Shown in pieces: positions 25,931 through 39,612 of a DNA stretch of 64,000 nt. The notes under the pieces are model-generated. The model saw only the letters and a program-made list of their open reading frames with translations, searched no databases and had not been told where the DNA came from. Made by a program: the position numbers and the translations under genes. Source of the stretch: Phoronis australis. Lineage: Eukaryota > Animalia > Phoronida. Position 1 is the stretch's first letter; every line of letters starts with the position of its first letter. The stretch covers positions 205,080-269,079 of the forward strand of contig NMRA01000188.1 of the NCBI GenBank assembly GCA_002633005.1, written 5' to 3'.

Positions 25931-26450
25931 AGGAAATTCCCAGTATAGAAAACGGCAGTGGTGCTTATTGCAGGTAGAAAGACGGTAGGTGTTGAGCCTA
26001 GGACGGCACTTCGGGCTCCTTAGAAGGTCTATTGAACATCGCACGAGTCCCGAAAGACTTCGTTGTGAAAATACAGGTTTCAAATCCAATTTCAAGTGTC
26101 AAATTTGGAACACGGCGCGTTCGTAACGGAACTATGGCTAAGTATAGAATCTCCCGCGATATCCCAGGCGACCGGCAGCGGCGCTGTGCACTACGACTCC
26201 GTTTCCGTCGTCTGCTCCACTGTGCTATGAAGAAAATTTAATTCATTTTTTAAAGAAAATGGAACCTGAGTGGCGATGAAAAAACAGAAGCTGCTGGTAA
26301 GATGTGAATTTTAATCGAAGCCTAAGTGAATCACTCAGAAACTCGCAATACTCTCTTTGTCAAACCTTATCTTAAGACGGTTTCCAAAGCAATCCCGTCA
26401 TTATTGCCAACACGAAAAATGGATTTGGTCTTTTGGGCATTTGAAGACTA

Positions 26451-27206
26451 NNNNNNNNNNNNNNNNNNNNNNNNNNNNNNNNNNNNNNNNNNNNNNNNNN
26501 NNNNNNNNNNNNNNNNNNNNNNNNNNNNNNNNNNNNNNNNNNNNNNNNNNNNNNNNNNNNNNNNNNNNNNNNNNNNNNNNNNNNNNNNNNNNNNNNNNNN
26601 NNNNNNNNNNNNNNNNNNNNNNNNNNNNNNNNNNNNNNNNNNNNNNNNNNNNNNNNNNNNNNNNNNNNNNNNNNNNNNNNNNNNNNNNNNNNNNNNNNNN
26701 NNNNNNNNNNNNNNNNNNNNNNNNNNNNNNNNNNNNNNNNNNNNNNNNNNNNNNNNNNNNNNNNNNNNNNNNNNNNNNNNNNNNNNNNNNNNNNNNNNNN
26801 NNNNNNNNNNNNNNNNNNNNNNNNNNNNNNNNNNNNNNNNNNNNNNNNNNNNNNNNNNNNNNNNNNNNNNNNNNNNNNNNNNNNNNNNNNNNNNNNNNNN
26901 NNNNNNNNNNNNNNNNNNNNNNNNNNNNNNNNNNNNNNNNNNNNNNNNNNNNNNNNNNNNNNNNNNNNNNNNNNNNNNNNNNNNNNNNNNNNNNNNNNNN
27001 NNNNNNNNNNNNNNNNNNNNNNNNNNNNNNNNNNNNNNNNNNNNNNNNNNNNNNNNNNNNNNNNNNNNNNNNNNNNNNNNNNNNNNNNNNNNNNNNNNNN
27101 NNNNNNNNNNNNNNNNNNNNNNNNNNNNNNNNNNNNNNNNNNNNNNNNNNNNNNNNNNNNNNNNNNNNNNNNNNNNNNNNNNNNNNNNNNNNNNNNNNNN
27201 NNNNNN
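26451..27206. other. Assembly gap (N run)
   Basis: Run of N. Confidence 1.
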
Positions 27207-27409
27207 CACTTCTCACTTTCCCACGTGACATCAGAATGGTGCAACATGTTTCAACAGCTCCACTGTCATTCTCAGTGCTAAGGAAATATGCTACCCTAAT
27301 ACAAGGTGTCACTCAAATAGAGAAAAAATCTACATAAGCAGGGTTAACTATAGTCATAGTATAACAGTGATCCGGTGCATGTTGTGGAACTCATTTCCAT
27401 TTCAATGGC

Positions 27410-27780
27410 CAAATGTTTTGATCAGGTACATGTAAACGGTGGTCAAGTTTTAGATCAAGTAGATGATTGTAAAGTTTTTCATCAGGAAGTTGACGGTCAA
27501 GTGTTTGATGAGGTAGATGACGGTGACGTGTTTAATGGGGTCGTTTGTGACCGAGTGCTTGGTCAGGTAAATGGTGGTCAAGTGTTTGATCAGGTAGATG
27601 ACCGTCAAGTGTTCTGATGAGATGGATAACAGACAAGTGTTAGATCAGGTACATGACGATCAAGTTTTTGATGAGGTAGATGGTGGCCAAGTGTTTGGTC
27701 ATGTAGATGGTGTTTCATTAGGCAGATGGTGGTCAAGTGATTTATCGTGTAGATGTGGTCAAGTGTTCGATCAGGTAGAG
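27410..27780 (+). repeat. 27-bp minisatellite (ggtcaagtgtttgatcaggtagatgac consensus), ~13 units
   Basis: Tandem units translate as 9-residue repeats such as GQVFDQVDD. Confidence 0.85.
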
Positions 27781-29415
27781 GCATCGCCATGGGATCTCTT
27801 ATTGCTCATGCGCTAGCTAATCCATTTCTTGGTCATCACGAAACTACATGTATTTGGCTGGAAAGTTATGGCAATGACAAGATGGGATTTACTGACGCAA
27901 TATAGATGGCACATTTTGCATTCTTAACAGTAAATAAGCAGCTTGTAATCGTACATATATTCGTTGTTTAACCTTCATACATCCTAACTTGCAGTTCACT
28001 ATACCATAACTAGATGTGCTTGTGAACAACCGTTTCAGGTTTTCTGATAAAAATTACACTAGGCTGTTCGTGCTCATGCATTTTCATCGTTTAAGGGATG
28101 AAGTTTGTTCTCTGTCTAGAATAAAATTCAAGATCCTCAAAAGTCTATGGCCGTGTACAAATTTTTAAAAGTGTGCAAGAGTTAAACCACGTAATATTGG
28201 CGATAACACTCGTCTCTTAATGCCTAGAATAAGGAACACCAGTTGATAGGGATGAAAATTCAAATATCCTTAAACACCTACAGGCTTCATAACATTGTGA
28301 AGACAGTCTGGTTGTTTCACAGCTCTGGATGCAGTGAACAATTGTCTAGAGCTCAAGATCAAAAAAGACTTTTACATTTTACATCACTGAACATGCTCCT
28401 GATGCTAACATCCAGATTGTTCATTACCAGACTGCGCGTGTAGGACTGTGATTCCACATTTTGTAGTTAGCCTTTCTTTTGTAGGTTTTCTCATTTTAGT
28501 GACACCCTGTATTAGGGCAGCCATTATTTCCTTAGTCTCGAGAATAGTTGTGCAGCTGTTGAAGCATGTTGTGTTATATGTTACTTTCATTCCACATTTA
28601 TAATTGAGAAGATAATTTGTTGGAATAATTCAGGATAATTTTTATTGCAATATTCTTCCTGTCATGATTTTATTACTTGATCCGCCAAATGAAACTATTC
28701 TACTAATAGCAATAATCTATAATATGATGAACTGCCGTAGATTTCCGATAAAGCGCATCAACGGAACGCACTCCATGGGCACTTTTTTGGGAACCCAAGC
28801 TGAATAGCGTTGTTTAGAGATTATTACGCACGTTTTATGCGCTGACATATTTACATAAAAGCAGGAAACAAAAATGAGATATTCTTATCATAAAACCCCC
28901 AGACGTGTGGAATACCCGAATGAGACAGAGACACGATGTCGTGTTACAACTGAAAGTAAATTGAATTTCGACAAACTCGTTGGAATGCCATTATTGTCAC
29001 TAGGAATGCGATTTGATTGTCCCAAAATGTAGATGTGTTTTTGCCCACCCTACCACTAATATCTCCCGCTGTGTCTGCAGTGAATGCTGGGAAAGTTTTC
29101 CTTTTGGTAAAATCAATTACTTTGAAACTTTTGGCGTTTATTTAGGTCAGCAGAAAATGAAGTACCAAAACAAGACTCTGCGCGTTTTGCCGACATTTCG
29201 ATATTACCCAATAGTATCGTAAGTCATACATAGTGCAGGCAGTCCACTGATGCAGTAAGATACGTGCAACTGCGAGACGAATCCACCATCCATTACATGG
29301 CAGAGCATAATGCAGTACTGAACATCCAACCTCTACCACTGAAAACTTTAGGTCACATGCCCCAGTGTTCCGGTTTAGTGACCTCTCTGCATGATATTGT
29401 TCTATTCTAATGCAG

Positions 29416-29657
29416 TTTTTGTCTTGGTCAAGGTCAGTCATACAATTGTCAACTTCTGTTGAATTGGAACACAGTTGCGAACGAAGGTACGGCTTACCAG
29501 AGCATAAAGTTCGGAAAGGTCATTGATGTGTCCTGTAAAGAACCTTACTCGCAGTCACTCCCTGGTAATAGTAGCCAACTCAGATGCTTCTGTGTAAGGG
29601 GATCGCCGTGTTTGAAAGGAGACGTGTATTACGGAAACCAACGTCCATCGGTCTGTG
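29416..29657 (+). CDS. Divergent Sushi/CCP-like array gene, module exon 1 (FCLGQGQSYNCQLLLNW...VSCKEPY...RCFCVRGSPC...PSVC); 5' boundary uncertain
   Basis: Phase-1 donor TGT G|gtaat at 29657 and six module cysteines. Acceptor candidates at 29415 or 29432, or an upstream in-frame ATG separated by one TAA. Confidence 0.7.
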
Positions 29658-30074
29658 GTAATTGTGTCGTTTTAATCTCTAAACCAGTCACCGAGAAGCA
29701 CATTTTAAGACTTCGGACTGACACTCTTTGTTTCCAGAGACTTGATTGCATAAGCCTTGTAATTTGCTCTCATCAGTTCGTATACTTTTGTTTCCAAAAG
29801 ACTTATACACTTTAAGACGGGTATGTGCCGTTCTGATATCAATGCTCCCACCTTTTACTCTGTCAACAAGGTTTATACTCATATTCATAGAGAGCCAGCA
29901 CGATGGATTACTTACCTTTTTGGAGAGTTACTACGATTTTAACCAGTGCCTTTATACAGCCCCCCCCCCAAGGAGCTTAGCTGAGTTTTGTTTCCATATT
30001 AAAATAACGGCAATAAACCCAGTTCCGTCTAAGGAGCGAATATTTAATTCAGACAACTTACAGGACAAGACAAC

Positions 30075-30397
30075 CAGTGGCGGATCTAGGATACCATAAG
30101 GGGGGGGGGCAAAATGTTGCCTCGGAGAATTGGGCAAAGCGCACAGACTGCCAGAAATTTGCGGGTGCTGCGATGTGGACCTGGTTTTCCCCAATTCTAT
30201 CGGAGGACTAAAACAAAACGCGAACACAATTCCGCCGCGCTCTGGGACCTGAGCCCCTCCCTCATCCGCTGCCTTTACTAGTTGGTGAACTCGGTAACCC
30301 GATATTACCTCACGCTTCACGCTGTTGCTGTTTAATTTTCCTTGCACCAGTCAAGGGGGGGGAGGGCGGGCCCCCTGCCCCCCTAAATTAACCAATG
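30075..30397. mobile_element. CAGTGGCGGAT-terminus MITE with 5-bp TSD
   Basis: acaac|cagtggcggatc...ccaatg|acaac. Confidence 0.7.
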
Positions 30398-33163
30398 ACA
30401 ACCTATAGAGACTGATCTCAATCAATGCTAAAATTTCAGGTACATTTGAAGCCTTGAAACCTTCTCCAATTTGAATAAGGAGCAATATGAGAGTACCCAT
30501 TTTGTAACGTTAGTTTTCGAAATCAATTGTTTGCTGCTTTAAAGCTTGTAAGCGTTTTGTTGAGATTTATCCGTATATGCATGTAACGCTTGACCAGGCT
30601 GATTAAATTTAACATGTTGTTAGCATCGCCTTTTAACGAGATAAGGATCGATTTGGAGAAATGTCTTGACTTTCTTTAATGTTACTTGGTGAGCCCATTG
30701 GTTTTATCCACCTTCCATTGTCGCCTGTGGGTTGGTCGTCAAAGGCGTGACTATTCACTAGGTCAGTAGTGAGGGTAATAACGACTTCTTAGCATATCAA
30801 AGCTAACTACAAATTTTTTTTCTCCGTTTGACAATGTTTTGGGTCATATAGTTCTTAAAATACTGAAAAATGTGGATGAAATTTGTTCGGAATAAATTTT
30901 CGGTGATATCAGTTCTGAATTTACTGAACACAAAGTCCACCCAAGTCTATGTTCTACAGTAAGAACCAACACACATGCGTGGCGGAACCTCACCGCGCCA
31001 GATCAAAGTTGGCATTTAAAGTATACAGTTCTATAATTTGAATAAGCATGTTAAACTTCTCATGATTCAGACGTTGACGAATCTGCAAATGAGCCGATAC
31101 ATAGGTTGGCCAAAAACCAGAAGGCACTTTAAGTAGGGGGGTGTGTTCCGTCGACCAATTTACTATCGAGAAAAAAGCCAGCAATCATGCCAGTGTAAGC
31201 CAAGTGTTTGGCTAGTGTGCTCGAGATCTCACTAACGTCATCTATTGCAAAATGGCGGCCTCCGTGAGGTGACTAGTTGACGAGTTAGTATGTTAAGTTA
31301 CGGGTTAGAATTTACTTTTCCTTTCCATAAGTGAAGATTTTTGGACTCAAGGGCACGACTAATTCCTTGGGTTTACGGAGCGCAGCCTTTAAGATACATA
31401 TATCACTACTGTAGGAAAACAGAAAATCCACAGATGGCGCATTGATATCGCCACGGACTACTTGTCATAACACAAATTGTCATCTACAGAAAGGAGCTAT
31501 TCGGCAATCTTTACATCACTGGAGGGCGTGCGTGTACTAGTGGTGACAGATTAAGCAGCCTCGATTTCGCGAGCCCTTTAAATACATGGTGAAATGGCAT
31601 GCAGCCGGGCCAAGTGAATCTTTGATTGCGTGAAAAGGGTGCTTCTACGAGGGGTAGTAAGCATTACTTTATACAAAGGTAAGGTTTGTGTATATTTTAA
31701 CGGTTATTCCATGTTTACAATACTGATACCTGTTAATTGAGGCATTGGCCGATGTCGAGTTCGCGGCAGTCGCTAGTCGGTTAATCATTGTTTGTTGTGA
31801 TGAATGATGTTTGTTACGATACTTGATATAGCTCTCGGGATCATTTCGTTTATCAAAGCAGTATTATTAATGTTTGGAATGATTTCCAACAGGTTTATCA
31901 GTGACAGTTACATCAATCAATGCTGAATGTTTATGCTGTCAACACGATATTTGTTAGTGAGGTAAGACTACAATTCAAGCCCAAAGAGTACGTGACAAAT
32001 ATCCATTAGACTATTTGTTTACTCTCTATCCTATAACCTCGGGAAATATATTACACGTTGACATGAAAATATAGCATGTGTGTTTTCACCAGAGTTTTGG
32101 TTTTTAGGTTCGAGGGCTAGTAACGTGCAGAGGAAATATGCATCGCTTCTGTAATCGCCCCTGATTGGACAAAAATTGGTTTTAAGCAGTTGACTGCAGG
32201 CAGCTAACCAGTTAGATCTTCCTATCCAGTGCAGATCTGTTGTCAAAGTCTACTTTCTATATCGGAGACAAAGAACAAAGCCTTTGAAAAGGGACGTTTT
32301 TAAAGAAAGGTATGTAAGTTGTTTTGTTAATTTACTTATTCAGGTCCTTAGCGGGAGGTTGGCATAGGGGGTTGGGGTTGTAAAATCTGGTGCAACTGAA
32401 TGTGTGGAAATAACAGGTAATAGTGTCCGGGGGCCGTAAGAGCATGGTGAGGTGAATCTTAACCTTCATGAAGTTCTCTCGCGTTTTATGAAACTGTTTT
32501 GCTATCCATTGTAAAACCCTAAAATATATTACATTTTTTTTAATTCTCAACGACTGAACAGTCTTAACTCATGCCTTGAAATGTTGTCAGTCGTTTATAA
32601 ATTCATGTGACTGTCATTTATGTGAACATACGAATGACGTCATATTTGAACAAATTATTCTTACTGCCAATATGCAATTAATGATGCCTTAGGATTTTTA
32701 ATTATTCTTAAACAGCTGAAAGATATTCCATCATTTTTAAGTGACCCAAGTTTTCATATCCTTTATTAGAAGAAAAATAAAAAACCTGAGAAACGTTTCC
32801 CAGAGGTATGCTTGTCAGACCCATGAATCTGTAATCGGTGTTTATAATTGCTGAAAGTATCAAAAGTCAAAAGGCTTGAAAATGGTTAACAAAGGTTTGA
32901 AGTTGTCTCAAATAACTTGCATATTTTGCAGACAAGTGATGCGTTTAAAGCATTGCTATGGCTAGGAATGAAAAATAAAGACGCAGTTCTATACAAATCA
33001 ATACTTTTTATATTATATACACCCTTGCTTTCTGGAAATAGCAAGTATTTAATTTTGCGTGAAATTGTGAAGCAGTTATAAAACCATATTCTTGAAAAAC
33101 AAGGACAACATTTTTGACCCAACCTGACGTACTTAATTATTCGTATTTCAATATTTGTTCCAG

Positions 33164-33432
33164 GTTCAGTGACATTTTTAAGACCACATCAAGCCGCAAC
33201 ATAGACAAGCTTTGTTACTCCTCTCTCATCCCACAGCATGTCGTCCACACACCAGCAGTGCTGCATGGCTCAATGTACAAGCCAGTGGCCCTTGAGAAAT
33301 GTGGTTCCCAGTACTAAGTTACCATATGAAAATGTGCCAGTGGATTGCTTGTGTGTGAAGAGGAACTATATCTGACTGCTACACCAGCCAGCCTCATCAT
33401 TGGTGAGGATGCCCTTTCATAGGAAATGAGTC
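33164..33432 (+). pseudogene. Decayed YqaJ/lambda-exonuclease-like PD-(D/E)XK nuclease fragment
   Basis: One frame reads RFSDIFK...TPAVLHGSMYKPVALEK..*..*KCASGLLVCEEELYLTATPASLIIGEDALS*EM, matching the YqaJ pattern (AxxHGxxxExxA; GLxV; YLxASPDG; EIK). Several stops. Confidence 0.6.
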
Positions 33433-35630
33433 ATGTGTGGACAACAATGGCTTACTTCCTTTCCTGGAAGATACTGTACGTGAGGGACTGAAGCTAAAGA
33501 AGACTTAGCAAAACTCTGGTCTAGTTCAGGTTCATATTTTGGGCACAAAGCAAGTCAAGTGATATGATATTGTGTTTACCTTCAAGGATATAATTGCGGT
33601 AAAAGCTTTTCGACTTGGTACGCATTATGCGAAAATGACATTCAGGGACTGCATCGATTGTCTTATTGTCCGTAAAAAGTCCGTTAATGTTACACTTTGA
33701 TAGTCGAATAAATTTTTCATCAACAGGCAAGTTTGTCACTAATTATTCAAACCACAATATTTATTCAGTTTTAAATCCCCACACAGTGCAGTTGTGCTGC
33801 TTCTTTATACATGTAAATCTGAAGTGATTACCGATTACGCTTGCGAATTGTCATTTTCCTGTTAGAATAGAAATGTCCGGCGATCAAAACGAAGTATTCT
33901 CTTTGATTGCACTTGATTTGTTTATGTGCGAAACTATTTTTAGAGGTTTCTTAAGAAGGCCTTTGAACAGTTTTAAGTTTTGTGATAACTTGTCTATAAC
34001 AAAAGTTCCAATTGCAAGCAACGCATGTTTTCAATTGTAGCTAGCTGGATAAGAATCTGCTATGCCCAAGATTTGAAAATAAACAATAATCAATGTATTT
34101 AAAAATAAAATGGCAAACTGAAAAACCACATACATGCAACGGAACGACATAATTTGTTAAAAACTATTGTAATTTTCCCAAAGCAAGGGCTGACTTCCTG
34201 AATTTGAGTGATTCAATTCCCTCCGGTTATTGCTGAAGGACTGCTTTTCACTTGGTTTCAGTCGTTTTCTCTCACCTGTAACAGAATAGTCAGAGAAATA
34301 TTAGAAAATTATAAAAGAAAACACAAGACAAAACTGCTTTTGTAAGGCAGAACTTACTTGACATTTCATCTTCATGTTTATGTGTAGAAACTAATAATCT
34401 TCGTATCGAAGTCTTATTTAAGATCTGAATTGAAATATGTGAAACAGGCTAAAAGTCATTTAAGAATGTGTATTTTTCATGACACCTAAAATGCCTTTCT
34501 GATCTCAACAAATAAAATTCATTCTAGGTGTCAATATTAATTCCATTGCAACGTTACGAATTTACTGTCAGAATACATGTAAATGGAGCTCATTCATGTT
34601 AATTGTGTAACTATAATCTGGTATTCCTGTGGGTGGGGTCCGCTATAGAATAAGGAAACTCACTAATCTAGAGAATTTTATGGGACATAGCATAGTTTTG
34701 TAAAGTAACTGCTGTGAAAAAGTCAACCATGACTTCTGAGCGGTACGTCCCATACATCTTTTATATTGGGAGCAATTCCACCCAGGACAATATGTAGAAA
34801 TGTGTTGTTAGCCTACCATCCGGGTCCCGGGTGAGTTTGTGAAGACAAACACTTAGTTCCACTGAATAAACCCGTTATTCAGTGGGGTAACAGGTTGGAA
34901 TACCATCATCACTGAGCAATGTCTATAGAAAACTAATTGCTGAAAACGTACCAAGTAACGTGATTATGTAGTCTCTCAATGGAAATTCATAGCGCGCACA
35001 CACGGGGCGTGAGGCTTCGGCTTCCACAAATTTTTTGTCACTTGTGTAGGAGCCATGGGCTTAGAACCCACCGGTGGTTAGATCGTTTATTCACAATCTA
35101 AGAAGACGTTGTTCTGTCTATCCGACAAGGCCGATTTCAAATGATATTGGGCCTAGGCCCCATGAAGAAAAACATCGTTAGGGTTAGAGTAGCGGTACAT
35201 GATAAGAAGGCCGAATAGTATCGGAACGTCGTTTATATAAGAAGTTTGAGCCAATTTACACATTAACACTACGCAACCTTACGCACTACGAAAGAAAATA
35301 GTACATCAACAACTTGGTTGACCCTTTTGACCGCAATTCTCCACGCCTGTAGTAACCTTAGGTCTTTTGGGAACTTGTGACCACCTGTTAAACATTTGCA
35401 CCCGGGAAAATAGTAATAAGAAGGCTTAGTGCGACGACGTATTTTGATAACAATTCCGTCTTTTTACCAGCTGTTTACAAGCAGAGAGCGACGCATGCGC
35501 AATTCAAGCACCACTAGTACTGCAGCGACACCGCGTCGAATAGTCCCAACAAGTAGGTACTGAGGACCTAGACGGTTCTTTCCCCTCTAGTCACTCATAG
35601 ATTGGCTTCACGTTGAAATCTTTCATCAAG

Positions 35631-35918
35631 GTGTCTGCAAATTTCCTGTTCCACCCAAGAGTCGCGTCGACAGTCTTGAAGCCGTGAGAGGTGATTTAGT
35701 ATTCGTCAAAAGTACCGGTTACTTAAAACCGACGTATGTTGAGATAACAGGACAGACCCAAGAGATGTTTGAAAGCAAAATCACCGTTGTATGTGCTCCT
35801 GGACACTTCAATAAGGACGGGAGTTCAAGGGGCGACTTGACGTACACGTGCAGACAGCAAGATCAAACGACAGTTTGCAACTGTGACGAGTTCCATAAAA
35901 GTATCTCTAATGCATGCA
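35631..35918 (+). CDS. Sushi/CCP-like array gene, module exon 2 (GVCKFPVPP...VVCAPGHF...YTC...VCNC...NAC)
   Basis: tttcatcaag|, donor A|gtgagt, 288 nt, phase 1-1, open, 6 Cys. Confidence 0.8.
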
Positions 35919-35975
35919 GTGAGTATAGTTAGAAGCCCAAAACTGCTTGTATGTATATGTAGCTATGGCTGACTT

Positions 35976-36098
35976 GATTGACTTCACCGGTTCCGCCCGG
36001 TCAAGCGGCTAAGTTCATGGTCTGTGAGTCGGAAATTGTCATCGAAAACCAACCAGATGTCTTAGCCGATTGACCCGGCAGAACCGGTGAAGTCAATC
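35976..36098. mobile_element. Short MITE/foldback with ~37-bp TIRs
   Basis: attgacttcaccggttccgcccggtcaagcggctaag...cttagccgattgacccggcagaaccggtgaagtcaat. Confidence 0.75.
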
Positions 36099-37895
36099 CA
36101 TGGTACCCATTGAAGCGTCAATGCGGTTAAATTACGGCCCAATAACATTTTGTAGTTTATACTTCGATATAGGACTGGCTACTAACCTTTTTCTCTTCTA
36201 TAAAAGCTATAAGTCAACAAAATCTTTTGCTTTAGGCAATTCTTACAGGATTCGCACGCAAGTGGACGAGAAAGCGGACATTGTTTACCCCCAGAGTATC
36301 CACATGAATTCCTCGGCACATCAGAAGGCTTGATTGCACGTGCACTTATTGAAGTGAGCTAGTCGCTATTGATGTGCTTGGCTGAACACTTTGGATGAGA
36401 TAATTACCATCCAACACGCCTGTTTAATGAACGAGTTTCAAAGTAAAACAAGCAAACAATAAGCAAGGCAAACAACCAAAGGATTGTTTTTAAATTTAAA
36501 AAGTAAAAAATTGCCGTCTTTGAAGTTTCAAAAACGATGCATTAAGAGAAAGTAACGAATAGATTTTCTTCAGTATCTTGGCTACGCCACGAGCATTTGT
36601 GAATCAATTAGGACGGATGAGTCGCAGTCTGGCTTAGGCTTGCTCAGGCGTTGGAGTAAAAACGTCCCCAGATGTTAGAGGATGAGATGATTCATGGTGT
36701 ATTTGTGATGAATCACCGATTTCTTACAAAGCTGTCTTACAGTCAAAATCAACTGAGATCGGATTTGCTACCTCAGTTGTTTCGCTGTTAGGCGAATAGA
36801 CGTGAAAAATGCTGACAAGAGCGCAGAACGAAGGCGGCTTGAAAAAGGTCCACAGATTAATCCTAATGCATATGCGAGTGGGGGAAGAGGCGAAACCCGA
36901 AGCAAATTGGAGCAGTAACTCCCCCATTAAGTATTTTGGGGAGTAAAACAAGCGCTGGTCCGCTGTGCTAAATGAGTTTTACATTTCTAGAAATATTGAG
37001 CTTCCTAGGGGTTACATTTCTTACCCGTCATCAGGACAAAGACTGATATTGTTACCAAGCTTTGATTGATTTTTAGCGTAAACATAGAATTATTTTGAAA
37101 ATATCATACGTTTTATAAATCCGATAATCGGTACTTGAAAGTATTACCGCTATGCAGCTTTGGGGCAAAGCCATTACTGTGTTCTTTAGCATTTTGCCTC
37201 AACTTTGCATAACAAATATGCTTGCCAGAAAGACGACCTTTGAAAGTCACGTGGTTCAACTGCCGGGAAATAGAGGGTAACTGGCTGATTTAATAGAGTA
37301 AACGCCCTCATACGATTTGTAGACAGCAAAAACGAGTAAAATGCATTTTTACTTTTGAATCAACTGCAAGAAACCAATCTTACCCAACAATGATCACCAA
37401 AATACGTTTTGGTCGTAAAACCGACCGTAGTCCTATATACACGACAAATCAAGTGTTGCAAAGTGCCAGTGACTGTTATTAGGTTTAGTAAAATCTACGT
37501 GCCGTCAACTGCTTCTAGTCAGAGTTCCCTGAATGCATAAATGTAGTTCAGTCAAGGCCTAAGACTAACCATGTCAGCTGCCGCCGGCTACTCAAATTGA
37601 TTCAAGAGTTGCCATCTTTGGTCACTTATGAGCACGGATTCAACCGTCACTGGAAGCAGCTTGCCTAGTAAATCTGATTTCTTGCGAAAAAAGAAAGATT
37701 TCGCGAGATACTGTGATGCCTTAGAAGACAAAACATGCGATCACTCTACCTTCCCTTAGAGAGGTTCTGGATTCTACGGAACGTACGCCTGACCTAAAAT
37801 ATAAGGCTAGGTTAGGTGGCAAATTGTTTGATCCTAAGAAATTTCGATGGTGCCAGCTTTTGGAAATTGTTTATGCTGCTGTTTTCTTTCGCCAG

Positions 37896-38123
37896 ACAAA
37901 TGCCTCGTGAAGATGCCGAAACTTGAAGACCAACTTATAAAGATGATTACTGATGAAGTAACCCAACATGTGGTTAAAGACGCTCAAATCAGTATAGTCA
38001 TTGGAGAAGAAAGAGCCTTTATTGCCGAATGCAATCCAAGGAGAATCTTTCCAGGAGGCGATGGGACCCAAAAGTTTACATGTTCATGCGACAAAGGTTG
38101 TGAACTCAAGGCAGGATGCTTTG
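37896..38123 (+). CDS. Sushi/CCP-like array gene, module exon 3 (KCLVKMP...AECNPRRIF...FTCSCDKGCELKAGCF)
   Basis: ttttctttcgccag|, donor G|gtaag, 228 nt, phase 1-1, 6 Cys. Confidence 0.85.
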
Positions 38124-38132
38124 GTAAGAGAG

Positions 38133-38494
38133 CGGCGTTCGAAATACATGCTGGCCCGGTGGCCCGGGGCCAGTGGATTTGTGGCCGGGCCAATAACTTT
38201 TAAAATTTACTGACCCGGCTTGCTAGTAAGCTTTCACGTGTGTAGGCCTATGTGGTTGTGGTCTTGTATTCAATTAATTGAAAAAGTGCCATTGACTAAT
38301 TTTATTGTACTTTGCCTCTCACCTCTGGAACGCCAACCAGGAGTGGATCCACGATTTTTAAAGGGGTCCTGATCAAAATTTTTTTAAAGGGAGAATCGGA
38401 ATAAACAATTTAAAAATCCTATTTTTGATATCACTAAAATTAAGGAAAAAGGGCCCAGAGTCCCTTTGACCCCTCTAGTTCAGCCTATGCCAGC
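38133..38494 (+). mobile_element. hAT-type element fragment with nested MITE (38338-38489)
   Basis: Starts cggcgttcgaa. Shares ctatgtggttgtggtct...gaacgccaac and the nested MITE (ccaac/ccagc TSD) with 60320-60789. Confidence 0.65.
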
Positions 38495-39612
38495 GACATG
38501 CTATGAACATTCCCACTAAATAAAATTGGTTCTAACCCCGGTGTTTAAGGTAAACGGCGGGGTATGGAAAATTGAACTAGACCGTATTTATCCACCTTGG
38601 CTGAGACGCGCTCGGCTCATGCTCAAAGGGATGCCGCCAAGCTGCTCTATTCATCGAGTCACGAGCGAGGATAATTGACTTCGCTCATGCGGATATGATC
38701 NGGTACGTCAAACTTCAAAACAACGACATTTTTGTACATGGATAGTTATCTTAACAAAAATCGAAATGCCTCATTTTGTGCACTCAATGACCCTTAGTTT
38801 CACCTCTGGAGCACTATGTTTTAAAGGGAAGATAATGCATAGATCAGTTTCCCTGGATAATTTTAGTGGCTGTTTTTGTGACCCTCTTACCGCCATATTG
38901 CACCTTGTAACTTATGTAACTTTTTGAACGTACAGATAAAGAGTTAATCTTAATGACTGAGCAAAAATATCTTGCCTCATATTTATATTTCTGCGAAAGT
39001 GTCAATTTCGGAAATGATTAGTAGGGTTTACCGGCCATTTGAACGAAAATTTCAACAAGAATTCTACATTAAATTGTTATAAAAATCAAGTGTAAGCTCT
39101 TTCAAATGAAAACAAGTTGTTTTCTGGATGTATTGCGTGGATATATAAAGAACTTGTATATGTAACTGTCCTGTTTGCTTCCATTAACATGTTAATCTAA
39201 ACAGTCTTTAGAGGTTTTAAATGGAAGTAAATAGCTTTGAGTTTCGAACTTGTAAGAATTGTTATTTGTAAAATCTGGTCGAGGGTATCATGTGCTTAAA
39301 GACAAAATGGGGAACGATGGTACTTCATGTTCTTTTAGAAGAGATTTCAACAAAAATGCGATTACGAGCTCTTTGTGGCATTAGTCAGCCATACTAAAGA
39401 CACTTCAGAACGCCTGTGTATTTCCTGACAAATCAAGCACAGTTCCAGAGGATGAGCTCTTACCAGCCAGAGTAGGTAAATTTGGGACTTAGCAGGACCA
39501 GTCGTGGAGTCAAATCATGTGCGATGTTCACTGAAGAGAATTTGGTGTCGGTTTTACCCAAGCAGAACTTAGTGTTTGTATCCTGAACACTCCTGAAATG
39601 ACAGAAGTCAGT

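Noticed and set aside
26326-27337. Long ORFs in the track here and at 40956-41660 and 49012-50088
   Set aside because: Artefacts of translating N runs.
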